Shown: piece by piece, positions 25,869 through 37,637 of the stretch
How the letters are laid out: every line of letters starts with the position of its first letter
How positions within the stretch are numbered: the stretch's first letter is position 1
Source of the DNA: Pseudogymnoascus verrucosus
Lineage: Eukaryota
DNA: 64,000 nucleotides
Direction: 5' to 3' (one strand)
NCBI GenBank assembly: GCA_001662655.1
Contig: KV460208.1
The notes under the pieces: generated by a model
Database searches by the model: none
What the model saw: the letters and a program-made list of their open reading frames with translations, nothing else
What the model was told of the DNA's origin: nothing
Position numbers and translations under genes: made by a program

Positions 25869-27517
25869 CGTTCAAACCAGAGACGAGGTCTGACTGAAAA
25901 CTGTCCATGCCCAGCATTGAATCTTCGTCAGTCGAGCTCTCTGTAGCGCCATCCATATTGAGTAGAGCAAATCGGTTGATTGGGGCCCTTGGCTTGGGGG
26001 CACTATTCTCCTTTTGAATTGGGCGTGGTTTGAGAACTGGGATGGGAGCGGCACACTCATCGATATCCCATTCGATTTTGCAGCCCTTGTATTTGCTTCG
26101 TGACCTGTTGCATGTTAGAATCAGAAAGTTAACTTATGCAATCTACTCACATCATACAGGTTCTCGCAAACATGGCATTGTGGACGGAATTAGTTGATAC
26201 ATGAGCGTCTCTGTCGACGAATTTAACGCTGATGATGACTAGGTTGTGGATATGTTCCAAATCTTCCCTGATAGACTCATCCGTGTGCCTAGTACCTGCG
26301 GATCGAATAACGATATTTCTCGTTGCACCCATTCCAATCTTATGGGCGACATGGTTTGCGAGGGTGAAGTGACGGTCAGACCACGAAATCGTGACCTAGT
26401 CAATTTAGTGCCTGTATTGGCAAAATAGTGTAGATCTACACTCACCCTCTTCCCACGGATATAAAGATCGTTGCGTTTAGCATAGCGGAAAAAATCATTG
26501 GCAGCATTCCCGTCCAGAAAAGAGATCGATGCAGCTCGATCTTGACTGCGAAGGAAAACATCAAGGAGCATTCCACCTTTGACGGCATCTGTCACATCTG
26601 CATGCGTGGCCGCTTCTGGGAGATTGCTCAATTGTATCGTACGCTTGGCGTTTCTCAGAAACTGGCCATCACGGCCAACTTCAGTGCGGTTGTTGCTATT
26701 GTTGAAGTACCCATCCTGGCCTTCATTTGGAGAACAGATGTCTTCGAATTGACCTCTGTATTCTACGGCCTTCGACGTATGGCCCACCATGTGGTTGCCA
26801 TAGTTTGCGTATTTATAGACGTTTTCGTTATGATAACTGGGAGAAATTCCATATGCTGTCGGAGGTTCTGGGACCCGAGTCAATTGCGGGGATGCGGCAT
26901 CTGATGTGCCGCCTGGTGCCAAGTTGGTGCTATCCTGAGCGCTGGTTGGAGTGTCGTTGTTGACAAGGATCTGTATCGCCTCTGGGTCAGCTTCTGATAT
27001 GTAGAGTTTGAAGTGAAAACTTGCATCAAGAATGTCTTTTGAGACCCCTCCTTTGTATAGGTTCCGACGTAAATTTGCTAATGCACAGTAAGTCCCGAGC
27101 TGTGCCGCATTGATAGAGCCTAGAATCTGGCGTGGATGCATGAGGGACCGTCATACCGTATTCTCGAGAAGAAACAAGCTATAAGCTGTAAATATGACAG
27201 TTGCATAAAACGGGGTGAGTGTATAATAACGTACCAGCCCATCGTAGTCAGATTTGGGAATTGTCACCATGGGCAGGTCCGTAGGAGTACTGTGGTCTAC
27301 TCCAGAAGAATGCTACATTGGAAAATGCATTAGAATAGCTTCAAAATCTGCGTTTTAAACATACAAACTGCGCTCTGATATAAATATTCATATTAGCCTG
27401 GATGTTACATCGGCCAACGGCGCCAGGGGGTCCCATATCAGCGGGTGTAACTCACTTTCGCAATAAGGTTTCAAAATAAGCTCTGTCCAGAGTCACAGAA
27501 CTAGACAAAGTAGCCAT
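25855..27517 (-). CDS. RRM-domain RNA-binding protein (fungal, related to the Nrd1/Mrn1 type), 7 exons including 10-nt and 22-nt micro-exons
   Basis: MATLSSSVTLDRAYFETLLR|KAQF|HSSG..YDGL|LVSSREY|ANLRRNL...RTIQLSNLP..VKGGMLLDVF..|..GATRNIVIR..NSVHNAMFARTCMM|SRSKYKGCKIEWDIDEC. Confidence 0.78.
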
Positions 27518-28109
27518 TTTGCCTTTCCAGATAACTTTGAGGACGGCTATCCACGTCGTGCACTCCTGTATATCTGGTATTTGTTTACCTTCAAGAAGGA
27601 TGGGATGTTGGACAAACGACGCAATATCTAGAGGGATAAGGCGTGCTTGATGGAGCCTAGCGTGTGAATTAGGGTTGACGCTAAATTAATCGCATCTGTT
27701 CCAGGTGCGGGATGTGGGTCGCTCTTGCCTGGTGTATATTATAATCACGTGCAAAAGATTGTGCTTCTCACGTGACTAAATGGGAGATAGTGCGGGAGCG
27801 GGGCTGGTTGGGCAGAATACCATACTAGCCAAAGGTCACTTATGAAAGAGCAACAGGGAGTAGAAGAACCAGCAAAATTCTATAATATATACTGATAGTT
27901 AAATACATTAAGTCCCACCTGTAGCAACAGCTTATTTAAAATTGTAGATGGTACTAAAGGACTTAAATCCCACCCGCCACTGAAATATCATCTGGCATCA
28001 CCAAATTGTCTTACGCGAAATTTTAGGGCTAGCCGACAGCGCGCCCGCAAATTCTCCCTCTGACAACGTCAAAGCCAACGACAGCGACGTCTACCTCAAG
28101 CATCTCAAA

Positions 28110-29638
28110 ATGAGCGGATTCCAGAACAGCGGCATCCCGCCTAGGGACTTGGATGATGCGTCTGATGTCGCGGAGGAGGTCCTGGCCGCCGACTACCGTG
28201 AGCAGGTCAACTACCAGGATGAGGACTTCGGCGGGGAGTTGAGCATGGCCCAGCAGACCGACGACATCCAGTCGCGGCTCGCCGCTGCTGCGCAGCCGTT
28301 GGACTTTTCCGCCTCTCTTGAGGTCAAGTTCCAGAGCTACGACAGCTACTGCAGCTTGTTCCACTTCATCTTGAACTCGGACGGGCCGGTTGACTTGGAG
28401 CCACCTTCCGTAAGATTATCCTAATCCAAGCAGTAAGATCAAAACTAACATCGCGGGCTATAGTACTACTGGGCATGGGATGTCATCGACGAATTTATCT
28501 ACCAGTTCAACAGCTTCTGCTCCTACAGGAACAAGATTGCGCGACAGGCCAACAACGACGAGGAAGTCCAACTCCTTCGCGACAACCCCAACACCTGGGG
28601 GTGCTACAGCGTGCTGAACGTGCTGTACTCCCTCATCCAGCGATCCCAGATCAATGAGCAATTGGCCGCCATGAAGCGCAACGAAGAGCCGATGGCCGTC
28701 GCGGGCGACTACGGTTCCAAGTCCATCTACCGCATGTTGGGATACTTCTCGATCATCGGTCTCCTGCGCGTCCACTGCCTGTTGGGCGACTTTAGCCTCG
28801 CGCTCAAGACCCTGGACGACATCGAGCTCAACAAGAAGGCCATGTTCGCGCGCGTCATGGCTGCGCACTTCACGACCTACTACTACGTCGGTTTCTCCTA
28901 CATGATGATGCGCAGATACGCCGATGCCATCCGCATGTTCAGCCACATCCTCATCTACGTCTCGAGGACCAAGAACTTCCAGAAGGGAACCCAATACGAT
29001 TCCATCTCGAAGAAGAACGACCAGATGTACGCGCTTATCGCCATCTGCGTTGCTCTCCACCCAACCAGACTGGATGACACCATCCACACCGCCCTTCGTG
29101 AGAAGTACGGCGACCAGCTCCTCAAGCTCCAGCGCGGTGGCGAGGAGTCCCTCCCAGTTTACGAGGAGCTTTTCCGCTCTGCGTGCCCCAAGTTCATCTC
29201 CCCAACGCCTCCCGACTTCGATACCCCAGAGCTCAACGTGGACCCCATTGAGCACCACCTCAAGATCTTCATGGACGAGGTCAAGACTAATATGTGGAGC
29301 CCAACCGTGAAGTCTTACCTGAGACTTTACACCACAATGGACTTGAAGAAGCTGGCTGGCTTCCTCGAGGTTGAGCCTGAGGAGCTCCGCAGCTTCCTCT
29401 TGGTCAACAAGCAAAGGAGCAGACAGACAAGATGGGCCGAGAACGGACTTTTGGACGGGGAGGTTGTCAACGCTAATGACCTTGATTACGCTATGCAAGG
29501 GGTACGTTTGCCAGTGTGTTTTATTTTAGAATCTCAGTTTGCTAACATACAGCGCAGGATCTTATCCACATCTCTGAGGCTAAGGTTGGTCGCAAGTTGG
29601 TGGATTGGTACTTGCGCAACTTGGCCCGCACATATTAG
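28110..29638 (+). CDS. EIF3L: Translation initiation factor eIF3 subunit L (3 exons)
   Basis: YYWAWDVIDEFIYQF, MLGYFSIIGLLRVHCLLGDF, YYVGFSYMMMRRYADAIR, ACPKFISP and last exon DLIHISEAKVGRKLVDWYLRN. Confidence 0.96.
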
Positions 29639-30405
29639 AAACGCGGTGTGATGGTTTACTCTGATGAACTGAATGCCGATATGGATTTGCATGGCTGGGG
29701 CGTAATTGGTATAAAACTGGGGTGCTGACGGTCGACTTTGAAATAGATGTCAACAACCGTGATTCCCTGTTAGTTAGTTTATTAGGCAGTAAGCAAGAAA
29801 CAAAGAGATTTAGAAATTGGAGATTGAAGATGGTGTGACTGGTGATATGCATCTGCAGTCTTAGTTAATGCAGCGGGTTGCTGGCCGGTGTTGGAATGTT
29901 GGAATGTTGGAAAGCCTCATGGAGCAAGCTGAAGCCAAGCCGCAGGGGGGGAGATGCCGCGCAACCTTCGCTTGCTGCAAGCATTGTCTGGGCGGAGCGG
30001 TGACCTGTTTCGCAACTGCTGTCAGCAAAACATATAATATCCGAACCTCCAAATTCACAGTTATTGCTACCTTGAGCCTCCTGCTCCTGCGATATAATGT
30101 TGTACATTCCGGAAGATTAATTGAAGCACCCGAAGATTCGCGCTTCGGTGGCACGTGCTACCACGTTTTTTTTGTTTACTTCGTTCACTCCTTAGAATCA
30201 CAAAATCTAGGGTCAACTCACCGTGGTGGCCATACCCGACGACACTGCCGTGACAGAGAGCTATTCAGAGGAAACTGTGTGAAGGTCGTCCACTTAACAC
30301 CTTTTGGTAGGTAGCCACTCCGGATTTCAGCTTCCAGGACCCCTCCTGCTGGGCATAGAGCACACCAGACAGTAACAGCAAAGGCTGTCCACCACCAAGC
30401 AAAAT

Positions 30406-32230
30406 ATGTCAGCTACATCAGGTCCAAGGACCCCAGGTTCTGCATCTCCAGAAACCCCCTCTTCCCCCTCATCCTCCAGGCCACAAAGAGATGCCTCGGT
30501 CGCGGGCCGATTCAGCCTGCCAAGCAGCCCAAGACTGGATACCATCACGGAGCATATGGCGACTACCCAGATTGGGCGACACGGATCTGTCTCCAGCATT
30601 TCGTTTCTACCACCAACTGAAATGTCTGGTATCTCCTGGGCAGAGTCAAAGCCGCGGAAATTAGGAAGGCGCAGGACATTATCACCCCCAGCACCAAGGT
30701 TAGTCCAGTTTATTTCTTCAATATTCTATCTACAACTTGTCCTATATACGTCAGCAAGTAGCTGGATATTATACCGAGCTTCTGCTCGGCAGGACCGCCG
30801 TCTATCAATATCTGCGTTCTGGCGGAGGCTGATAGTTATGAGGAGCTTCGCTTAGTGGCGACTGGCGGCCCGGCGTCAACCCCACCTTCACACCTTATCT
30901 CAACCCACCTTTGATTGTCAGCCCATAGTACCGCGGTCGTTGCTCACGTTCTACCCTCCCCCATTCTCTACCAATATAACCTAATCTACCTTCTTATGTC
31001 GGATCTAACAGAACCGCGCAGCAAGTTTGAGCCTCACGTTTCATTCGACAACTTCGCTGGCGGGGAGCCGACGGAGAGCAATACGATATCGCTCACGTTG
31101 AACGAGAAACATCGAGGCTATCAGCACAACAGGCGATCGCGTACGTTTATGGTAGGTGTCGATGAAAATGCCTACTCTAATTACGCGCTGCAATGGATGC
31201 TAGATGAAATGGTGGACGACGGCGATGAGATTATCTGTCTGCATGTTGTCGAGAAAGACTCGAAGATTAGTAACGACAAGAGCGTTACACAGAAGAGTTA
31301 CCAGAAGGAGGCCAGGAGGCTTATGAAGGAAATACAAGACAAGAACGCCGAACAGAGGTCTATAAGCATCGTGCTTGAGTTTGCTGTTGGGAAGCTACAG
31401 CAGACATTCCAGAAAATGGTCAGTATTGTCACAGCCTTATTGTCGCATTGATCTGAATATTTACTGATCGGCCCATTTCACAGATCCAGCTTTATGAACC
31501 AGCTATGCTCATTGTCGGTACAAGAGGTCGCAGTCTAGGGGGCGTCCAAGGCCTGATCAACAATCGCAACTCCTTCTCCAAGTGGTGCCTACAATACTCT
31601 CCCGTGCCTGTCGTAGTCGTACGACCGAACGATAAACGAGACAAAAAGAAGAAGAAACGAGTGAACGACCCCACACGACACAACTACGCGCACATGTTGG
31701 AAGGGAGCAGTTTAGGGATGCATGAGGCGAATCTGCTCCCTAGCAGGTCAGATATTCCGGTCGAAATTCTCCCAACTAGAACGCCAGACGACGAAGCACA
31801 CGAGGTCGCTGCTGCGCTTGGTCTTCCTGCGAGATTTGACCCCACAATCCGGTTGCTGGATGTCAACAAGAGGCTGCATGCGCATGCGCAGCAGAAGCAA
31901 ACGCAGACGCAGGCGCAAACCCATAGCACGACGGCCTCACAGGAAAGCTTGTTTGATAGCAGGCCATCCACTCCGGGTGGGGGAGGGACTTTAAAGTCTA
32001 GTGTTGCAGATAGCCGTGGGGCTAGTGATGATGAATCGGGAGATGACGACGACGAATTTGAGGTTACGCCTGGTGGCGCCTTGATTGGGGATGTTCCGGA
32101 GGCTCTGGAGAAGCAACAGAAGCTACATGCGATGGAGCAGGGCGAGGCGGCGGCATTGGCTGCGGGGCGGAAACGATCTCTTGAATCGGTTGATAGTAGT
32201 ATCTCCAACTCGGGAAATGATCAAGGATAG
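30406..32230 (+). CDS. Universal stress protein (USP) domain protein (3 exons)
   Basis: HVSFDNF, RSRTFMVGVDENAYSNYALQW, LIVGTRGRSLGG and CLQYSPVPVVVVRP. Introns at about 30699-31021 and 31419-31483. Confidence 0.87.
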
Positions 32231-32716
32231 ATGCATGGTACTTTTAATTAATGAATATACTTTACTTACGCGGCCCAAAGTCTGAGGAAATGTGCGCGAC
32301 TGATAATTGATACTATGAAAGATGATAGGATTTCTTCTTTTTGGCTTGGGCTGTCCAATCGAAAGACTATAACAATTCCGAGTTTACCAAGGGTAATTAT
32401 GTTACCTATAGTTTGTAGACTGCCTCCCTCCATGCACGGCCTCTCCTCAGCGGCCGGCAGTGGGCTATAGAAGTCTCGACCCCCCAATGGACCCTCACGT
32501 GTACTGTACCTGTGGAGACATCACATCACGTGATCCATGTCGATCTCCCGTCCGCATGCAGCCTTGCGAGCTACGATACGAGGAAAACCGGATTGGACAA
32601 CTCACAGCTCTCACCTCCTAACACCACAACTCCCTCGTGCAAAGCACCGCCGACCTCAACTCAATGACTTGAAATGCGCCAGAGCATCGTCCTCCCAGCA
32701 CCGAGGACCCAGTCCA

Positions 32717-34345
32717 ATGCTCCCCTCCACCGATGATACGTGCGATGAGTCGTGCCGGATGCCGCTGCGGCCGCGCGCCCTGCTGTCCTTCCACTCTCTC
32801 GGCACGATCGGGTCAGCGCTGCCCTTCATCTTGACTTTCGTCATTGTTAGCTATCTGGTTGCGCGACACCTCTTTCCGCTGCTCGCTGGCGCTGCATCCA
32901 GAGTTGATGACGACTATTACCTTCCTTCCGATGCTCCGCCGGCATTGAAGGAGGCAGAAGCGAAACACAATACCTGGCCTCTGCGCCGACGACTCGTTGC
33001 TGCTAGCTTTGGTGCTACAATTGCCCTAGCTGCTGTGCTGGCCGAGTTGATACTATGCGAGATCTCGAGCGCGCTCGATCCCGACGCCCGGGCCCTGACG
33101 CTGCGCGTCACAGTGCCTGCGCTGCTGGTGATGCTGGTGCTGTGGATCCCATTCCTAGAGATACAATCCGTAATCCGCGGCGCTGGATGGGACTTCACAA
33201 ACCGTCGCGACGGGCGACTGAATAAGATCCCCTGCATCTTACAAGCCCTCTTCTTCACCCTCTGGATTTCAGTATTCTGGTTCTCAGATTTCTCAAGCAC
33301 AGCCTCCTCATTCGACGACATGCTCGCCCCCGCCCCCACGCCCTCCCTCTCCGACGCAGCACTCTCTCGCGTCGGCGTCGTAGGCGTCTCCCTTATGGCT
33401 CTCCTCTCAGGCTTCGCCTCCGTCTCCTCGCCATGGCAAGCTTTCTTCCAACGCTCCAAGCCTGTCACCGACTCCGACCTGGCGCGCAAAGCGACCGGAT
33501 TAGACGCAACGAACGACCTCCTAGCAGCCAAGAAAAGCCGTCTGCGCGCCCTGAACCACAAACTCTCCGACGCCCCTGAAGAGGGGTTCATGACCCGCGT
33601 CCTCGGCTCCATCCGGGGAAACCCAGACGCCACAGAAGTACAGGCACTCCAAATGGAAATCTCCGGCCTTGAAACAATGGCCGTTAGTCTCTCGACCTCA
33701 CACACGCTCCTCCAAGCCCGACACGCCGCACAAGCGCGCGCCAAGTCGCCCTTAGGACGGTGTCTTGTGGTCCCGGATGTGGCGTTTTCGATATACTGCG
33801 TCTACCGCATTATCGCGACGTCCATCACCACCCTCCAGCGCTCGTCGCACCCGCATAGCACGTTTTCGACTACGGATCCGATAAACCGCGTCCTAAGCCT
33901 GCTAGTAAAACACGTTGACGCCTCCCTCGACCAAGCCGCCTGGGCGCGGCAAATCTCCTTCCTCCTCGCCGGGATCATGCTGTTATTATCCTTCAACTCT
34001 GTCCTCCAAACGCTCCACGTATTCTCCCGTTTCGCGCCTGGCCTGGTGCGACAAGCTCAAGCCAACTTACCCCTTGCAGTCGCGCAGATAAGCGCGATGT
34101 ATGTTATCAGCGCGGCTCTGTTGTTGAGGAGTAATCTCCCGGCTGAGATGGCGAGTGGGATTGGACATGCGCTCGGGAAAGGGGTGGATGCGGGGTTTGT
34201 GGAGAGATGGTTTGAGGGGTGGTTTCTTGTTGGAGGGGGGGCGACGGCGTTGGGGATTTGGGGGGGAGGGAGGTTAGGGGAGGGGGAGGGAGAGGGGTGG
34301 GATGATTGGAGTGGGGATGTGGAGTTGGGGACTAAGAGGAGTTGA
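32717..34345 (+). CDS. GPR89/Golgi pH regulator (ABA-GPCR family) membrane protein
   Basis: LAELILCEIS, RVGVVGVSLMALLSGFASVSSPW, SIYCVYRI, DPINRVL and QISAMYVISAALLLRSNLP. Confidence 0.9.
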   Translation: MLPSTDDTCDESCRMPLRPRALLSFHSLGTIGSALPFILTFVIVSYLVARHLFPLLAGAASRVDDDYYLPSDAPPALKEAEAKHNTWPLRRRLVAASFGATIALAAVLAELILCEISSALDPDARALTLRVTVPALLVMLVLWIPFLEIQSVIRGAGWDFTNRRDGRLNKIPCILQALFFTLWISVFWFSDFSSTASSFDDMLAPAPTPSLSDAALSRVGVVGVSLMALLSGFASVSSPWQAFFQRSKPVTDSDLARKATGLDATNDLLAAKKSRLRALNHKLSDAPEEGFMTRVLGSIRGNPDATEVQALQMEISGLETMAVSLSTSHTLLQARHAAQARAKSPLGRCLVVPDVAFSIYCVYRIIATSITTLQRSSHPHSTFSTTDPINRVLSLLVKHVDASLDQAAWARQISFLLAGIMLLLSFNSVLQTLHVFSRFAPGLVRQAQANLPLAVAQISAMYVISAALLLRSNLPAEMASGIGHALGKGVDAGFVERWFEGWFLVGGGATALGIWGGGRLGEGEGEGWDDWSGDVELGTKRS

Positions 34346-36875
34346 GGGGGAGGAGATGATAGGTCTGCTCAAAGCTAGAAGCTGGAAGAAAGCAGGAGGG
34401 AGGGGGAGTTTGGGATTTCTGAAGATACCGGTTATGGAAGGGAGTTTTTATAGCGACTTTTTATTACAGGATTCCGAGGACAGAACACAGGATGTCATCC
34501 TCTATAAATGCAGATGGAAGTAGATCTCGAATCTGAAAAGCACCGTCTAGACTTTGAAGAGGGACAGCTATCCTACTCTCACATCCTCATGTCTACAAGC
34601 AAATCATCATCTACACCTTTCAAGCGCGACACCCGTACCATTCTCACCTCCGCATCCCAACCTACAGCCCTCTGCCTTAGCGTCTGTCGCCGCTAGAACC
34701 AATCTATAGCTCCCTGCCTCGCCAGCCCTCACCTCTCATAGTCCTACCCAGCTCTCATACCGTTACTATATACCCATTGACCCCTTCTAACACTGCGACT
34801 CGTCAGAAAACACTCGGATGTCCTCAAAATTGCGCCCAAAGAGACGAGGATAGGGCCAAACTGCGATTTTGCCGGTTGAGCTACCTAGCAAAGCAGTAAC
34901 CACGGGCTATCTGGGCAGCTGAACTACCCGGCAAAACCAGCCATACAGGCACTCAAGGAAGCTGTAACCCGGCAATAATAGCGAAGAGCCCTAAACCCAG
35001 TAGGGACCCCCATCTCAACTTCCCAACCCCATCAATCTAATCATATCTTATCACCTAGGCACCAATCTAATCAGATCCCCCTTTCCCCTTTTACCCCTGT
35101 CTCCCTCAGCCCTGCCGCCGACCCTCCTCTCCACAGCGGCCGAATACGAAAGGAAATCTCCACCTAACACACGAAGCGTCGATCACTCGTGTACGGAAAT
35201 AGTTCAATTAGACAGGCATCACCGATCGATCGCATTGACCGAGCGCATTGTACGAGGTGGGTTTGATTGATATTATGGGGATGGGGAGGAGGATGGAAAT
35301 AGATGGATTGGATTGTGGTGCTTTTGGGTTCTATAACGGACTGTGGTGTTCTTACTGTTCTACCCCTTACTATGCTATTCTGTACCTTTGGTATGGCTCA
35401 TCTCCACAGCATTGGCATCGGAGAGTAGATGTTGGAATAGGATGGATGTACCTAGGCGCCGAGATTTACCTCGCTGTCCTCATCTCCATCCTGTGCAAAT
35501 AGCATTGGCGTTCATAACAATGACGTCCCTCCCTCCCGGGCCGACGAAATCACTGAACTCCTTTTCTGTCCCACCGACGTTCACGTGCCGCGGCACCTGC
35601 CACCGAAGACGCCGTCGTCGGCGAGGGATGTATCCGTGCTAAGTTATGCTATACGCGTATACACACACACACACACACTTCACTTCTCCACCACAATGCA
35701 CACACTTACACACTTACCACTTCAACGCGCACAACTCCCGCAAGGTACCGCGCAATTACCGTAAACTCCACCACCATTAAACATCGCCTCCCACTTTCCC
35801 ATCAACTAACTCACCTGTCAAAAAAAAAAATCTCAGTCTTCAATAAAACTCCACCACCACACACATGTAAAACCCACATCCCGCCAAGCCCCACGCGACA
35901 ATTTTCATCCATGTCGCGCTGAAGAGAAAATCTCAATTATTGGCAGTTGGCAGGTGATAGGAAAACTTCAGTATTTGGCGTGTGGGAGCGAGCGGCAGAA
36001 AAATTTCCCGTACCTTGGTGGATACACCCATCACCCATCACCCTCGGTGGTCGGCCGGTCGGAGAGACAGACCTCGCCAACTTAACCCCCACGGAAGCTC
36101 GGTGGTGGGGAACGACCGACCGACCGACCGCCGCGCTCGCAACTGTACACACGCCTTTGTACTGGAGTACTGCACAGAGTGCCGTGTTAAGCGTGTACAT
36201 ACATACATTTGAGACAGGCGCGTGACTGCGATGAGGGGATTTCGCGCCCTGGAGATTCCGTGGGTTTCCGATGGGCGCGCCGTGGGATCCGTGATGTACT
36301 TGTAGTGTATGGTGGTGAGTGTATTGTATTGGAAGTTGTATTGTATTGTGCGATGACTGTGATTGTGAATGTGTGTGAATGAGTGTGAGAGGAGGATGTC
36401 GGGTGAGCTACACCGCGTGCTTCGTGGGATGGATGGAGGGGTACATCTGTTGTGGTGGTGGTGGGGGTTGCGGTGAGGGGTTTGAGGGTTGGTTGGGGAA
36501 AGGGGACAGATTGGGGTACTACTTGGAGATCGCACGATTGCAATTCACGAGCCAGATCAGATCACAGTAGACAAAGATGACAAGATAAGGTTTTAAGTTT
36601 GTAAAAGTGGTGTTTGTTTGTTTGTAATTATTCATCAATGATGATAGAAAGGTGGCTCGACCCGATCCTTTTTTGACCGAGGAGCACCCCTTTGTATATG
36701 TCCCAGGACTTTGCGTCCGCATCTAAATCTCCCATTCCCATTCCCCATCCCATGATATGATGCTTCCGTAAACCCAAGAAAATGCGCCGTCCCAATGCAA
36801 TGCTTTCCCAAAAACCCGCTATAATCGCTCGACAAAAGACCCAGACCATCCCCGACAAGTGAGTACAATGCACAC

Positions 36876-37637
36876 TCAGTACACGCTCACCGCCGAAACC
36901 AGCGTCCTCTGCGGCAAATAGAACCCCTCATCAAAGAACTGCCCTTTCGCGGGCGAAACTTTTGACCTCCTCGCCTCCGCCTCAGGGAAGGCATGTACCA
37001 CATCCGCCGGCGGCGAGGGCGGCATCGCCTCGTCCTCGCTGCTGCTGCTGTCGTCCTCGTCGATCAAGTCTGGCGGCGACGCGGGGTGGGAGTGTGTGCG
37101 TTGGAGGCTGAGCAGGGCGTAGTCCTCTTCTCCGTCGTCTTCGTAGATATCCTCGTCATCCTCCTCCTCCTCTTCGTCAGATTCGGAGTCAGCGTCCAAG
37201 GGTGAAGGGACCATCGTAACATCGAAAGCCTGATGCGACTTGACGCGTTGCAAAGTAGCAAAGCCCATATCCACATCCTCCTCCTCCTCGCTATCATCGC
37301 TCGAATCACTCTCCTCGTAATCCTCCTCCTCAACAACCGAATCCGCCCACTGAATATGCCTGTCTTCTGTTTTCCTCGCACCGCGCACCGAAGCATTGAA
37401 CCAGCTCTCCTGCTCCGCCTCGGCGTCAGCGAGCTCGAGCATCAAGGAATCGAGAAGGTTGGCGTGGCCGACAAGGCGGCGGAGGCGGTGGTCGGAGCGC
37501 GAGGCTTCGGCGGAGAGCTTGCCGCGCGCGGAGTGGGCGAGGTAGTAGGTTTGGGTTATGGACATTGTTTTGCGTTTGGGGGGTGCGGAGGGGAGGGGTT
37601 GGCGGGTTGGTATGGATGTGGTTGTGAATGTTGACAT
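36876..37637 (-). CDS. ECM13-like acidic protein
   Basis: QTYYLAHSARGKL..DHRLRRLVGHANLLDSL followed by long D/E-rich tracts. Confidence 0.78.
   Translation of the reverse strand: MSTFTTTSIPTRQPLPSAPPKRKTMSITQTYYLAHSARGKLSAEASRSDHRLRRLVGHANLLDSLMLELADAEAEQESWFNASVRGARKTEDRHIQWADSVVEEEDYEESDSSDDSEEEEDVDMGFATLQRVKSHQAFDVTMVPSPLDADSESDEEEEEDDEDIYEDDGEEDYALLSLQRTHSHPASPPDLIDEDDSSSSEDEAMPPSPPADVVHAFPEAEARRSKVSPAKGQFFDEGFYLPQRTLVSAVSVY

Noticed and set aside
28458..29498. 346-aa antisense ORF over eIF3L (similar ones overlap CWC22, GPR89 and the permease)
   Set aside because: These are shadow ORFs produced by the codon bias of the real gene.
32537..32716. 60-aa N-terminal extension of the GPR89-like ORF
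   Set aside because: It looks like promoter or UTR sequence. The ATG at 32717 is the more plausible start, though this is unverified.
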